Assembly: GCA_012295275.1 (NCBI GenBank)
Contig: CM022667.1
Span: forward strand, 21,700,001-21,764,000
Direction of reading: 5' to 3'
DNA length: 64,000 nucleotides
Source of the DNA: Chrysomallon squamiferum
Lineage: Eukaryota > Animalia > Mollusca
In this document: positions 26,119 to 40,257 of the stretch, piece after piece
How positions within the stretch are numbered: position 1 is the first letter of the stretch
How the letters are laid out: the number at the start of each line of letters is the position of its first letter
Translations under genes and position numbers: made by a program
The notes under the pieces: model-generated
Seen by the model: the letters and a program-made list of their open reading frames with translations, nothing else
What the model was told of the DNA's origin: nothing
The model's database searches: none

Positions 26119-26149
26119 ATTACTAGGTTTTCTCAAGTACTGCTGAACA

Positions 26150-26272
26150 ATCACGTGTTGCGTCACATCGCTTCAGGTGGTTAAGAAATCTCTACACAGC
26201 GTTACAGAACCACGCAGTCCATGCACGGAATGGCAGCGCAGTCCCCGCCCAATCTTGGGAATCACAGTTGAG
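26150..26272 (+). promoter_or_regulatory. Candidate Pol II promoter for signal-peptide exon A; duplicate near 40289-40410
   Basis: E-box CACGTG at 26152, CRE-like TGCGTCA at 26159, GC box CCCCGCCC at 26243 overlapping CCAAT at 26249. Local GC/CpG rise and a (GT)n tract just upstream. Confidence 0.55.
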
Positions 26273-26943
26273 GAAAGCCTCCAGTTTAATGAGACAGTTC
26301 AACATGGAAAAGCTGGTTTATTTCGCGGCTGACTCTAGCGCCAGGGTTGGACGTGTTGTAGATGTTTCTTTTTCGTTTGCCTCGACATTCGATAGCGCCT
26401 GATCGTATATTTTAACACATCGATTTCTTGAGAGATTTCTGTCAAACCAGCTCTGTCAACCGCGCGAGGTGGAAACAAAATTTCCAGGTTTTATGTGTGT
26501 TTTCGTTTTGTACTCTTTTCTTTTTAAATATGTATTTCGTGTTGACATCACTGGGGACAACGGAAGAGATCGATATGTAATTAAGCACTCAATGCATGTT
26601 GTAAAGACATCTACACGTTTTTGTGATGTAGATCTCACAAGTAGATCTCACATTTTTTTCTCTGGAAATAGTTGAAAATCGCTCAGCTGTTTGTTCGAAA
26701 CGTTCACGTTTTCAGTCGGCGGTTTATATGACTTGATTTTTAATGTTTAATGTTTAGTCAACATATTAACGTCGCGGGCTGGAAATATAAAATTTAGATG
26801 CTACCTCATTCAGGAAATCAAATGAAATCATCTGAATATATCTTAGTTACTGAAGCGCTATGGACATTATATGAGTTTTGATGGAAAACGTTTTACAAGG
26901 AGGAAATCTGAGCAGTTTTATGAGAAACTAGGAAGATGGAAAC

Positions 26944-27028
26944 ATGGGTTTGACAAATCACTTGTTGATTAACAGTCTAACTCTGTCTATAATAACCACA
27001 GTGCTGGCTGGCAAACCAACGCAGAAAT
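26944..27028 (+). CDS. Signal-peptide-encoding first coding exon A of an unidentified secreted or membrane protein
   Basis: AAC ATG G context; MGLTNHLLINSLTLSIITTVLA/GKPTQK plus T|GTGAGT. Hydrophobic core, V-x-A cleavage motif, phase-1 donor, and homology to 61864-61948. Confidence 0.75.
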
Positions 27029-29471
27029 GTGAGTAAACACGTATTAGATTTTGTAAATGTTTTCTCAGCCTAGTCATTAATAAGCTGTGTTATTTATTTT
27101 ATAACTGTAATTATTATTATTTTGTGTTATTTTTGTTTGTTATTTGTCACAGGTGTATTTAGAGAGCGCAAATCTATTGCACTGATGCGCGCGTTTTATT
27201 TGTTTGTGTGTCTGTATGTGTGTCTGTATTTGTGTCTGTATGTATCCGTATATATGAATGTGTGTATGTATGTGATTGTGTATTTATATGTGTGTCTGTA
27301 TTTGTACCTATATATGTGTATACGCTTCTGTTTATATGGCTGTGAATACATGTGTGTTTGTGTTTGTTTGTGTGTGTGTGTGTGTTAAACAACTAAGGAT
27401 GTTTTTTATAATTTCAGGTATGTATAAATTATTCTAATGCTGACAACACTTCTTTCAGATGATATATAAATATAAACTAATTTCAACACAATACTTGAGT
27501 ACGGGTTGTTTAGCCACTTCCATAAATTCATCCTGCTGTTCTGTTTTTTATACGAGTCTCTGTGAGCTTTAAATCCTTACTGTTTATAGCAGAAGACGGC
27601 TAAAAGGAACTCATAAAAGTTTACGATAAGATGGTATGAAAGGTGGGAGAGCTAAAGATAATAAAGGAATGTATACTCAGTGATAGGCTATTTATAAGTC
27701 TAAGATGCGCTCTTGTTTAATTTCCCTAGCGAATTCTCGATCTACATTTATCTTTCTCAGTTTGACGTTTTAACTTTATGTTCATTACAAAAGTTACGTG
27801 AAGATTTTGTTCAAGACTCGATGAAAATCTTGAAAAAAGTAGATTTAAAATTTACATTTTTTATCTGACGAGGCTATTTTGTCTTAGTTGGTTTTTGTTC
27901 AGTGGGTTTATATCCTACTAGTGAGTATGTGTTTGGTTATAGAGTGCGCATAATACATGTAAAAAAACAGAAACGAGCAGAAATCTATCCGCCTGTCTAT
28001 ATAGTCATACATCTAAATAATTATCTGTATGTTTAGTCAGAGGTAGGCTGCCCACATTGATTAATTAATCTGCTTGGTAAAACAAACGAAGCTTTTTTCT
28101 TAAGAGGGCTTTGATGAAAGGAAATTGGTTAATTTTACTAAAGACAGACTACTTTGTGAGAAAAATTCGGCAGCTATTATTACGATGTATTTATCTAAGA
28201 CATGATGAATACAGATAAATTATTTACTCTTATAATATGAACGAAGTAAAGACGACGACGTTTCAACAAACACGTTAAAAAACAAAAATAACAAAATCTC
28301 AGAGTCAGTTAAATATGAGGAAATTACTTTAAATACAAGCATTCTTTATTTAAATCTATGTACTTGCTGGATTTGATTATTTTAGATATATGTGAAATAT
28401 CATCACACGCAAAGAAAATAGAGGAAAAAATAAAACAATAAATAAATAATAATAATAAAATAAAAGATAAGACAAGTAATGTCCAAATCAAACTGAATAA
28501 AATTTCTTTTTCAAAAGAAACGGAAAAATATATTATACAAAAAAAGAAAAGAAAACAACAACAACAAAAAAAGCTTCTGCGTATCAATTCAGTCTCTTTT
28601 TACCAACCTTTTGAACTTAAAGATAGATTTTGAAATGAAGAAGAAATGTAAGAGTGCTTGATAGCAGACGTCACGACATTTATCTGTACAAATAGTATTT
28701 CTTTTTGTCTCTCCTGGTTTTTGCTACTTGTCAAAGCTGACGTTATCTCACAACAGTTCTCTGTAACCTCTCTCGTTTCTGTTAGATAACGTACACATTA
28801 TCAGCACTAGCTTGTATTTCATACGTTACCTGCTAGACATCAGTCTGAAGTAAGTCTAATTCAGTCCATATCCATACATCTTGAAATTTCACAATTACTA
28901 ACATAAACACACGTTTTTATTTCTTAGACTTGTTAATATTACTGTTATTCCACAGTTTGTAATATATATATATATTATCAAGCTGAAACACAAGTTAGTA
29001 TTTCTTAGGTTTACTAGTATTAATCTTATTGAAGTCACTTATGTCTGTTAATCATTCAAATATGTTCATTTTAACATAAATAATGGCTTTTTAACATCAG
29101 TCTAATGTCGGACAGTTCCTGACCTTACGCCAGCCTCTCTCAGTCAGACAAACATACCAATTATCAACAAAAATGAGGACTGACTTATTAGTATCGATTC
29201 AACATCAATTTTAATCTGGTCATATCGGCTTTGTTTTGTCTATGATAAATACATTCATTGACCACAGAAACTTCTTGTTTCTTGCATTTTTAACCTAGTT
29301 AGGTAGGCCTTTTTGTATTATTGTAACGTCAGTCACCTTAAATTGCATTATTCTCAATTCTTACTTATGATTCTAAACCGCACAGTTTAGCCACAGATAA
29401 CACACGCATCATCAACTGAACTCTACTGTTTGTTAGAGAGGTTGTTTCTTTCTACCAGTCTAGCTCTCGCA

Positions 29472-29671
29472 NNNNNNNNNNNNNNNNNNNNNNNNNNNNN
29501 NNNNNNNNNNNNNNNNNNNNNNNNNNNNNNNNNNNNNNNNNNNNNNNNNNNNNNNNNNNNNNNNNNNNNNNNNNNNNNNNNNNNNNNNNNNNNNNNNNNN
29601 NNNNNNNNNNNNNNNNNNNNNNNNNNNNNNNNNNNNNNNNNNNNNNNNNNNNNNNNNNNNNNNNNNNNNNN
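29472..29671. other. Assembly gap (200 N)
   Basis: Run of N. Confidence 1.
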
Positions 29672-31365
29672 AACTCGTCAGGTTGTAATGTGTCTAGTAC
29701 TAGCGGCTATCTCTAATCGTCAGGTTGTAATGTCTAGTACTGAGTGCCTGTATCTCTAATCGTCAGGTTGTAATGTCTGTAACTAGCGGCTATCTCTAAC
29801 CGGTCAGGTTGTAATGTCTAGTACTGGCGGCTATCTCTAATCGTCAGGTTGGCAATGTCTGAGTACTAGCGGCTATCTCTAATCGTCAGGTTGTAATGTC
29901 TAGTGCACTAGCGGCTATCTCTAATCGTCGGGTTGTAATGTCTAGTACTTAGCGGCTATCTCTAATCGTCAGGTTGTAATGTCTGGTACTCAGCGGCTAT
30001 CTCTAATCGTCAGGTTGTAATGTCTAGTACCAGCGGCTATTTAATCGTCAGGTTATGTACCGTCTACTAGCATGGCTATCTCTTAATCGCAGTCTGGGCC
30101 AGTGGACTGTTGCTGTGGTAACATCCTGATGACAGATCCCAGTATCGAAATCTAAGACCATTTTGTACATCAACTGCTGATTCACTGGAGCGCCCCTCCA
30201 CTATGGCTTATTTATTTATTTATTTATTTATTTTGGTTATTTATTTATCATCCATTCTTTTCTTCTTCTTCTTCTTTTGTAATAAAGCCAGAATATATAA
30301 ACATTTCAATTCAAAGAACCGACGTTACACTGCGGCCATTGAGGAGAAAGTTCAAATAATAAATCTGTTTACTCACTAAGTTCACATTTTACACTAATCA
30401 ACACAAAACAAAACAAAAACAGTCATATGTTAAGAAAACATTTATTGAAACAATCAGAAAATGATATTACTAAAAATATCTTCTGCTTTGTCTTCACATT
30501 AACCACTATACATTCAGCGATCGGAATGTTCGCGAATTCTTTAATGATATATCTGATATTAATTTTTTAATTATTACCGTCTCTTTTTGTTTGCAGTAAA
30601 TGTTTCAGATTATGTAACTTATTGCACTTGAATCCAGACTAGGACAAAACTACATCACTAATTCAGTTAGAATTACATTAACCAAACCCACAAAAGGAAA
30701 TATATTGTTATCTTTATCTAAGCAGCTTTTCATGAATATACATGGTTGTGACGAACAGAAAAACTGATTTTACAAAGCGTTGATAGTTAAACTATAGGGA
30801 CATTAACAGAGAGGTTATACAGTTATAACTAAGAAATCACGTGACATATTCAGATAGCTGTTAGCTCGGAACCGTCTCAGAGGAAAAGGTTTGCTTTAAT
30901 CTGAACGTCTGACCTGGAAATAAATCAACGTTTATACGATGACATTACTTTTTGTTAATTTGTTTTCTATGCAAATTATTTTAAACCAGAAGCAGATATG
31001 TTAAACGAACAAACTAAAATAATTAATGTTGAAATTATTAATTCAATTCATGTACGGATATTATGGTCAAAACGCTAGCCAGGAAATTTAAATTTCAGTA
31101 TTAGTCAGTTAACGTTGTTAAAAACAAACTTCCATGTAGACGGAGTCTGGAAATATTCTCCAGTGGCTGTGATATCACAGCTCGTTCAAACTATCATTCA
31201 TTCAAAAACAGCGATAAGTAAATAGTAATAAACCCCTTCATATCAATTTCTTTCTTAGAAAAGCAGAAAAATAATTACCTTAATTTGGTTCACTGTTTTC
31301 AAAAAACTTAGTGGGACTCTATATATATATATTTATAAAATTAAATAAAAATCCATCAAGTTTCA

Positions 31366-31413
<48 letters not shown>

Positions 31414-33107
31414 TATTATTATTATTATTACATATTATTATTATTATTATTTATTTACTTATTTATTTATTTTTATTTTTTTATTTATTTATTTTTATAT
31501 TTTATATTTTATATTTTTTTTTTGTTTGTTTAATATCCACACGCTTACTGAATCCAGTTCCCAAAATGATACGGATAAACTTCATCTGTCTGTCAGACCT
31601 ACTCTTGCCTTGTGTTGGTTATATTTTAATAAGATATGAGACCAGCCCCATCATATCTTTGCTATGAAGACAATTTGAACTTTTAACCTTTGCAGCAGAA
31701 CTCTCACTGACATTGATTATGTATGATACTGGTGTCAATCGGGCGTTTAATCAAAGCAGTGCAGAAAATTACTTATAATTATTATGTTTACTGTGGATCT
31801 TACACTCAGTGTGGCAGATATAACCATTAGTATCTGGGAGTAAAGCCAATGCAGACTGAAGTTATTTTGTGTAATCAACGATTTCATATTAGATATATCA
31901 TAATTATCTCCCTTGGGCTAAGCCTGGATCCATTAACTTTATCAGAAATTCCCTTTATTTCTTCTAAACAAGATTGTGGCGTATTTTGTACTATTCAGTA
32001 TTATTTGTCTAATTGTAATATAATAATATTATTATGCAGTCTGACAATCAGTTATCAGATTGATATTTTACTTAAGGTTAGCCTTTTATTGAAAACTATA
32101 AATATATATGCCGATGATAATATTGGTGACTTATTTACTTACTTGATCATAAACGAGAAAACACAACAAAATCCTCGGAAAGCCCATCTCGATTTGAAAT
32201 TGTATGTTGACGCCGTTTTCTGGGCCAGAAAAGGTTTGTCCATTTTTAAATTTAATATTGATTTATTGCAAACTTTAAAACAACTCTTAGAATTACAACA
32301 GTTAGATTACATAACCCTTAAAAATATTATGTTCTATTGTGGTAATTCAACATAAAACAGCTTTCTCATTAACAGACAGAGGATCTTGAGGAAGACAGAC
32401 GTCTGCTCAGACGTGACACACTGAGTGTAAACATCACGTACAAGACTCGTCTTCGTGATAACAGATTATGATAGAGTTATAAGTATATACCAGTGTGACA
32501 GTATCACATACGCTATTTCTCTTTGTTTATTTATAACAGCCCCAGTGAACACAGTGATGGGTGGGGTTTAAATGTCGCTCACTGATGTTAAAAAGTTAAG
32601 TTAGATTTTCTTCGCATATTAAAGGTGTTTTCTTCATCGGTATATATTTTTGCATCTTCACTGGAACTAGTTGTAACTTAGGTTTTGTTAATTATCTTAA
32701 AGTTATAAAAATAAAAAAATATATATATAATAATAAAACAAAATAAATAAATAAATAAATAAATAAAATAAAATAAAATAATAAAAAAATTAATAAAAAT
32801 AAAAAACAACAACAATAATGATAATAATGTGATGTTATTTCTTTATAGCGAATATGTTTATATTTGGAAAATTATATAAACTATTTTAGAAATAACGGAT
32901 CTGATCGTGGTTTAAACAAGATCACCAACATCTTAGATTGTTTCATTTTCACACGTCGTGGATGTAATGTTTAAACAAAGTCTGTTTATAGATTCTTATT
33001 TATATTTTACTTTCTTTGATCTTCCAGATAGAAGACACTGATATAAGCTAACACTATGTTTATAAACAAACATCATCTAACAGTTCGAGCAGGCTGTTAG
33101 ACCTGCA

Positions 33108-33152
<45 letters not shown>

Positions 33153-36100
33153 TACGTACATACATACATATATATATATATGATGTGTGAACGTGTGTGC
33201 ATGATTCTGTGTGTGTGTGTGTGTGTGTGCGTGCGCGCGCGTGTGCGTGTGCGTGTATGTTTGTTTCTATATTATAAAAGCATTCCGTTCTGGAGACGAG
33301 AGACTTCAGACCTATGCTATTAATAAAAAGAAAACAAATAGTATTAGGTTCTGTGGAAAATCACTCACAAATATCAGGATTAACTTAATTACCTCGCTTT
33401 GTCATTTCTTGTAGAGACATCGTGTAGCTTGGATCGACAGTGGTTTGCCATGGCGATAACTATTCCTTCCTAATCAACATATTAACATGTCTCTCTTAGT
33501 AAGGAAATCTTTGTTGCTCAACATTCTAGTCTAGAATGATTCTCTCTTTGTTTTCTTGATATTTGCAGCATTGTTTCTCATCTCCAAAGTGGAGTATTTA
33601 TAACATTTAATATAAAAGTAAAATATAAACAAGAGATCTGTGATAAAAATGAATGTTCGGATTTAAAAATACACACCTCCCCAAAAAATAAATAAATAAA
33701 ATAAAACCAACCAGTCAGAAATAAGAACAAAAAAATTACCCGACGGATGTAAACACAGATATACACATTCCCCAAATTCAAATATTCATGTACACAAAAG
33801 TTTATACACGTGTGAAAACACAGCTGTTATATGTAAATTTATAACACAGATATATATGCTCTAAGAAATATAACCAAATATACATGGATGCACAACGTAA
33901 ACACGGATATACACGGACCTGTAAACGCAAACAAAGCTATACCTGGACATATAAATGTAAAAACACAGATATAGATAGATACTGAAGCGTGAACAAAAAT
34001 ATACATTGACACACAAGTGTAAATAAAAATATACATTGACACACAGATATATATGGACATGCAAATATTAACAGAAACACATATGCAAATGTAAACAGAT
34101 ATAATTGGATATACAGATATAATTGGATATACAAATGTAAACAGATATAATTGGATATACAAAAGTAAACAGATATAATTGGATATACAAATGTAAACAG
34201 ATATAATTGGATATACAAATGTAAATACAGATATATATGGTTATACAAATGTAAACAGATATAATTGGATATACAAAAGTAAACAGATATAATTGGATAT
34301 ACAAATGTAAACAGATATAATTGGATATACAAATGTAAATACAGATATATATGGTTATACAAATGTAAACAGAAATTATATGGATACAAAAATATGTAGA
34401 CAGATTTATATTATATACATATTTATCTATCTCTATACATACACAAACACACACACATAAGATAGAGTGAACCATGTTCATGGATACACATAGATATACA
34501 TGACATACAAACATAAGAAACAGGTGATATAATTTTGTTTTATCTACAATTACTGTATATAGTGGTATGACATTGTGACCTGATAATTTCCTATATTTTC
34601 GGGGATTGACCAAAAATATAATTTTTTTATATACACACCCAGATTATATACACACACATATGAGTGTTATTGAGTGTTTAATTACTGATTTAGATATTTA
34701 ACCATTTTAGAAAGTTTCCATTAAAAAATTAACAAATAAATTGTTGAAAGTACGAACTATTTGTTTTCAGGTAGACTAACACAACGAAATCAACACACAC
34801 GAATCCACGGCTGTCGAAGCGAGTTGATAAAAATTTAATTTCATTTAGTTTTCATATTATTTAGGATTGCAGGACAAAAGATATAACAGTTCAGATCGAA
34901 TGGCCCAAGAAAGCTCGACAAAGCCTCACTGAATTCGGCCTTTCTCATCTTCGCAGGATAAAGCTGATGTCTAAAGAGAGTATCCAGTTATTCCCTATAT
35001 AACCCGTCTAAGAAACAACATACACAAAAAACACAAGCAAACATTGATATACATCTAATATATTATTTTATTATTTTGTTTAGTGCCGTTTGATGTAATA
35101 ACTTGCAAGTTATTAATACTCTTTGGTATATGTGTATTTAGTGTTGTGTCAGATCTTTACAATTTCGAATTTGTTTCATTGTTTGTAATCTTACAAGAAA
35201 TTGGAGTCTGTTGATTCGATAGAACTTCTATATTTTTCTCATTTTATTTTTTACAGGAAATATCAAATATAACATAACTTAACTTTATAAATTTATAACA
35301 AGAGTATAAGGTTGGAATTTCACTTTGACCATTATTGAGCTCATTTTATCATTCGGGACTTGTCGGATAATTTCGACTACACTGGAAATTAGAACTACTT
35401 CTACTACTTTTTCAACATCAGTCCCCGGCTTTACGTGTTTTATACACTTCTAATCTGCTGTTATAATAACGGTGCTTGTTTATAACAACGCAGGTGAGTG
35501 AATTACTTTGTTCTAGAATGCTGTAACAGACTCATCTTCCCAGTTGTATTCTTGTTGTATAAGACTGTGACTTGCCTCTGATGACAGGACTCAGCCAGCC
35601 CGCGCTGTGTGTGAAATGAAGGTACATCTTTTATGTACTTTTATCCACTGAGTAAGCTAAACTGTTAAAGCTCAAATATATTCATTTTTTTACTCTTTTT
35701 TTTACTTTTATAAGAGTGCTGTATAAAACTTTTTCTTCTACAAAAAATGACCAAATATTTCCCCTTTTAACATTAATTGAAATCTTTTTTATTATCCGAA
35801 TTAGAATTATAATGGCAATCAAATTTCTCATTTTCTGCATATTAAAAATTATGTTTACTGAAAAAATTATAATATGTGTCATAATTGCACGTAGGGTATA
35901 TATGTATAGCACACATGCACACACATTTGTTTGTGATTTTAATAAATAAATATATATATATTTTTTTAAATGTGTTTTACATTATAGTGATTAGGAAAAA
36001 CAAATACATAGAATTTACGAAGAATTTAATTTCATAATTTAAAACACAATATTTTCGATTTTGTAGGTTATTAAAATCTTTGTAAAACATTTGAAAATCT

Positions 36101-36268
36101 AAAACTTACACTCAGAATATAATTCCTGCTTTGACTGTTTCGTACCTAATTTCTCTAAACACATATTAATTCAACATTCTTTTTTTATCACCACCACTTT
36201 TGTAATAAATCCATTTTAACGCCCTTTAAAAGCTTTCTCTCTCTGTTTCTCTTTTTCTTAAAGTCTTT

Positions 36269-36300
<32 letters not shown>

Positions 36301-38168
36301 TTTTTTTATATATATATTCTAATATAAAGATCATTCTGTGTAACCAAGTGTAGATCTAGACATATTTATAAGGATTGGATCTGCACTGATGATTTAAAAA
36401 TAATAATAAATAAATAAAAATAAAAATAAAATAAAATACAATAAAATAAAACAGTCCGTAATGCTGTATGACATAGAACTGTCAAGTTTGTATTTAAAAT
36501 TTCCCTAAGTTACATGGGTATTGTAATTAATCTGTACTAAAGGACCGCGTTACAACGCTTGTGTCAAGTTCGAAGACAGCAAGGGAAATAAAGCAGTTCG
36601 AACGGTTAAAAAAAAATAATATCAGTAATAATTTCTCGCGTGTAAAGTAATCTTTCTGCACGTTGCTAACACTGGACAAGGTCAACTAAGACGTCCAAGG
36701 ATGCAGGTTTTCTGCTTCGTGTTACCGCCGCTATGGTGGGACGTGGGGGGGGGGTCTTTCCCAGGGCGCCAACTGCACTGAGTGTCAGTACGTGTGACAA
36801 ACCACAACGACACAGTTTTCACGGGGCTACGTCACGCTTAGATAATTCCTCTGTGTAGATGTTTACAGTTGACTTGAGTTTTCCTATACTTACAACTCTT
36901 TTCACCAACCAACACGTCGAATTAAAGATCTCTTCAAGCCGGTTGAAGTTTGACCTTTGTAATTTTAATTAATTGTCAAACAAAAGAAAATCACTGAAAT
37001 ATTATATGTTACAGAACAGACTAAATAACAGATTCATTTTCAAATGCTAAATATATCTAAAATCATTTCAGTGTGTGAAGCGGTAGTTCAAGTTTTAGTA
37101 AATTTCAAATGATCGATGTGTTTGTAAGTGCAGTATTCAGGATCTGGCACGGACTAGTGATAATTCTGCTGGAAATCAGTGTATGAATGAGTTTCCACAT
37201 ATATCCTCCAGGGTTCATACACGTTTGTTCCGCAGACAAAGTCTTTGACCACGCCGGAATCTCCTTCAGAAAGATGTTATTGTTCTTACAATTCTCTCTC
37301 GTGTCTCGAGCAATTATCAAGCGTTAAGAACTCCCAATGGCGTGTATTAACGTGTTATCAGATGTTTTTTATTTATATATTCTGATCGTTTTCTTATCTT
37401 AATAATAAATACAGGTCTATATGGAATACTTAATTAAAAATAAAAACAGCCAACAATAATGCTTTACGAAGAAATAAAAGTGACAGGTTTCTTTTGGTGG
37501 GCATACGAACATTTTAAATATTAATTAATTCTGTCGTTTCATCTCAAGCACGAAGATAAATGTGAAGTTTGAAACTGAATGTCTAGCAACTTCCTCAGGT
37601 CTATATATGAATTACAAAAACTAGTGTAATCGACACGAACCTAATTAATATTATTTAATTATTTTTCCCAAAGCTAATTTTGTATTAACTTGTTAGAGCG
37701 GATTCGGATCACCTGGTCAAACGTTAAATTTCTAAATGCAAATCAGCTAGAAGAACGTCACTGAACGTATTTATTATAAATAATCCCCCTCTCTCAAATA
37801 ACGAAAATAAATTATTTTTATTTATTTATATATTATTATTATTATTATTATTTTGAACGATATAACAATAATTTTGAACTATATATCATTGTAAACACGT
37901 TACCATATTATCAAAAACTAGTTGATGAAAGATGGTTTCAGCTGGTTACTTTGTACCAAATTTATATGTTTACGACAGTGCTGACAGTATTAATCATTAA
38001 ACGACAACGAGAAAGATTCAGTTACTTAGAGATAAAAGAGTTTTCATAATTATTTTCTTTTACCCGCCTTCCGGAGGATTCCAGCAGAAATAAATAATGC
38101 ATGATGGAAATAAAACATTTTGTTTTATTCACTACATAAGTGAATTTTTGAATTATTCTCAACTGAAT

Positions 38169-38240
<72 letters not shown>

Positions 38241-39953
38241 ATTTTATTTATTTATTTATTTTTATTAATTATTATCTTTTCTCGCTCTCATGATTCGAGA
38301 TTTTCTTTATGTGGGGAGATACTTATTTAAGAAGACTAGATGGTAACTGATAAAAAATAACATATTTTATAGTTTATTATTTTATCATTTATAGTTTATC
38401 ATTACACTGAAAAACTTTTTATTATGTACTATCATTTCGTGAACTATTACTTTATCAATTTTAAACCCCTACACACGTACATACACTTAATATAATATCT
38501 ATAGATAGACAAATAGAGAGACATATATATATATATATATGTAACGTTATTTTTGTTTGTTATTTTGTTGTATTGTTATTTTCGATGTCTGTTATCTATG
38601 ATGTACTGTTATCTTCGACGTGTTTTATTTCTGATGTGCTTTTTTTCTATGTATGTAATTTTTGATGTGCTGTTATTTTCGATGTGTGTTATATCTGACC
38701 TTTTTTTCGATACATATTTGACGCACCTGTTATTTTCGCTGTGTTTTATATTTGAACTATTTTCAATGTGTGTTATGTTTATGTACTGTTATTTTTGGTG
38801 TAATGTTATTTTTGATGTACAGTTATTTTTGGTGTACTGTTATTTTTATGTAGTTATTTTTGATGTACTGTTATTTTCAATGTGTGTTATTTTTATGTAT
38901 GTTATTTTTGATGTACTGCTATTTTCAATGTGTGTTATTTTTATGTATGTTATTTTCAATATGTGTTATTTTTAATGTATGTTATTTTTGATGTACTGCT
39001 ATTTTCCATGTGAACAGTTGTGTGACGTGTCTCATTACTGAAGAAGGAGACTGTGACTAGAATCAATAAATTAATTATTCGGAACAAAACATCATACACC
39101 ATTACTGGTTTGCCAAGATATTGAACGCGTCCATTATTATTACCTACAGACACGTGCGTTGACAAAACACTAGACACGAGATGTCAGTCAGCAGAACCAC
39201 CAGAGCTAATTTCATCTGTCAGACACACACATACACACTATCACAGACACACACATACACACTATCACAGACACTCACATACACACTATCACACACACAT
39301 ACACACTATCAAAGACACTCACATACACACTATCAAAGACACACACATACACACTATCACAGACACACACATACACACTATAAAAGACACACACATACAC
39401 ACTATCAAAGACACACACATACACACTATCACAGACACTCACATACATACAAAGTATATATATATATATATATATATATAAGTTCGAAAAATATGTATGT
39501 GTTTGTATGTAGATATATCTGTATGTGAGTATGTACGTATGTATACATACATGTATGTGCGTCTGTGTGTGTATTTGTGTAAATATATATGGGCTGGTGT
39601 ATGAGTGTGTACACACGTGTCTGTGTGTGCATGCGGCACACATGAACCTACAAAAAGAGATACTGATTTTAAACGTGCTATGTAGAACCTGTGTCTAAGA
39701 TAGATCTGTGAGTGTAACTATTACATGAACGGAGTAGAAAAAGCCGGCAGATGGAGATAAAAATTATGTATATTAATAACTTGAAACAACACGATAAATA
39801 ATTTACTTTAAGTGTGTTTGTGAAAAATGACTCGTATTTTTATTTTTATCAGATAGTTTGTGTTAATGAGTAATGAAAATAATCATTATTTCTTTTCTGT
39901 TATTAAATATCCCGGAAAACACTATCAATAAGTGATGTGACGAACGGATTGTA

Positions 39954-40002
<49 letters not shown>

Positions 40003-40200
40003 ATTATTAATATTATTATTATTATTATTATTAATATTATTATTATTATTATTATTTTATTATCATTACATTTGGGTTTGTTTTATTTGTTTGTTTGTTT
40101 ATTTATTTATGTTTGTTTGTATAATACAAAGAGAGAGAGAGAGAGCAAATCTTCCCATTACAATATGTTATTTTATAATCGGTTACCATTTGGTCTTCTT

Positions 40201-40257
<57 letters not shown>

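Noticed and set aside
27153-27388. In-phase acceptor 124 nt after exon A (CVFRERKSIAL...)
   Set aside because: Runs into a TG/TA microsatellite and is frameshifted between the two copies.
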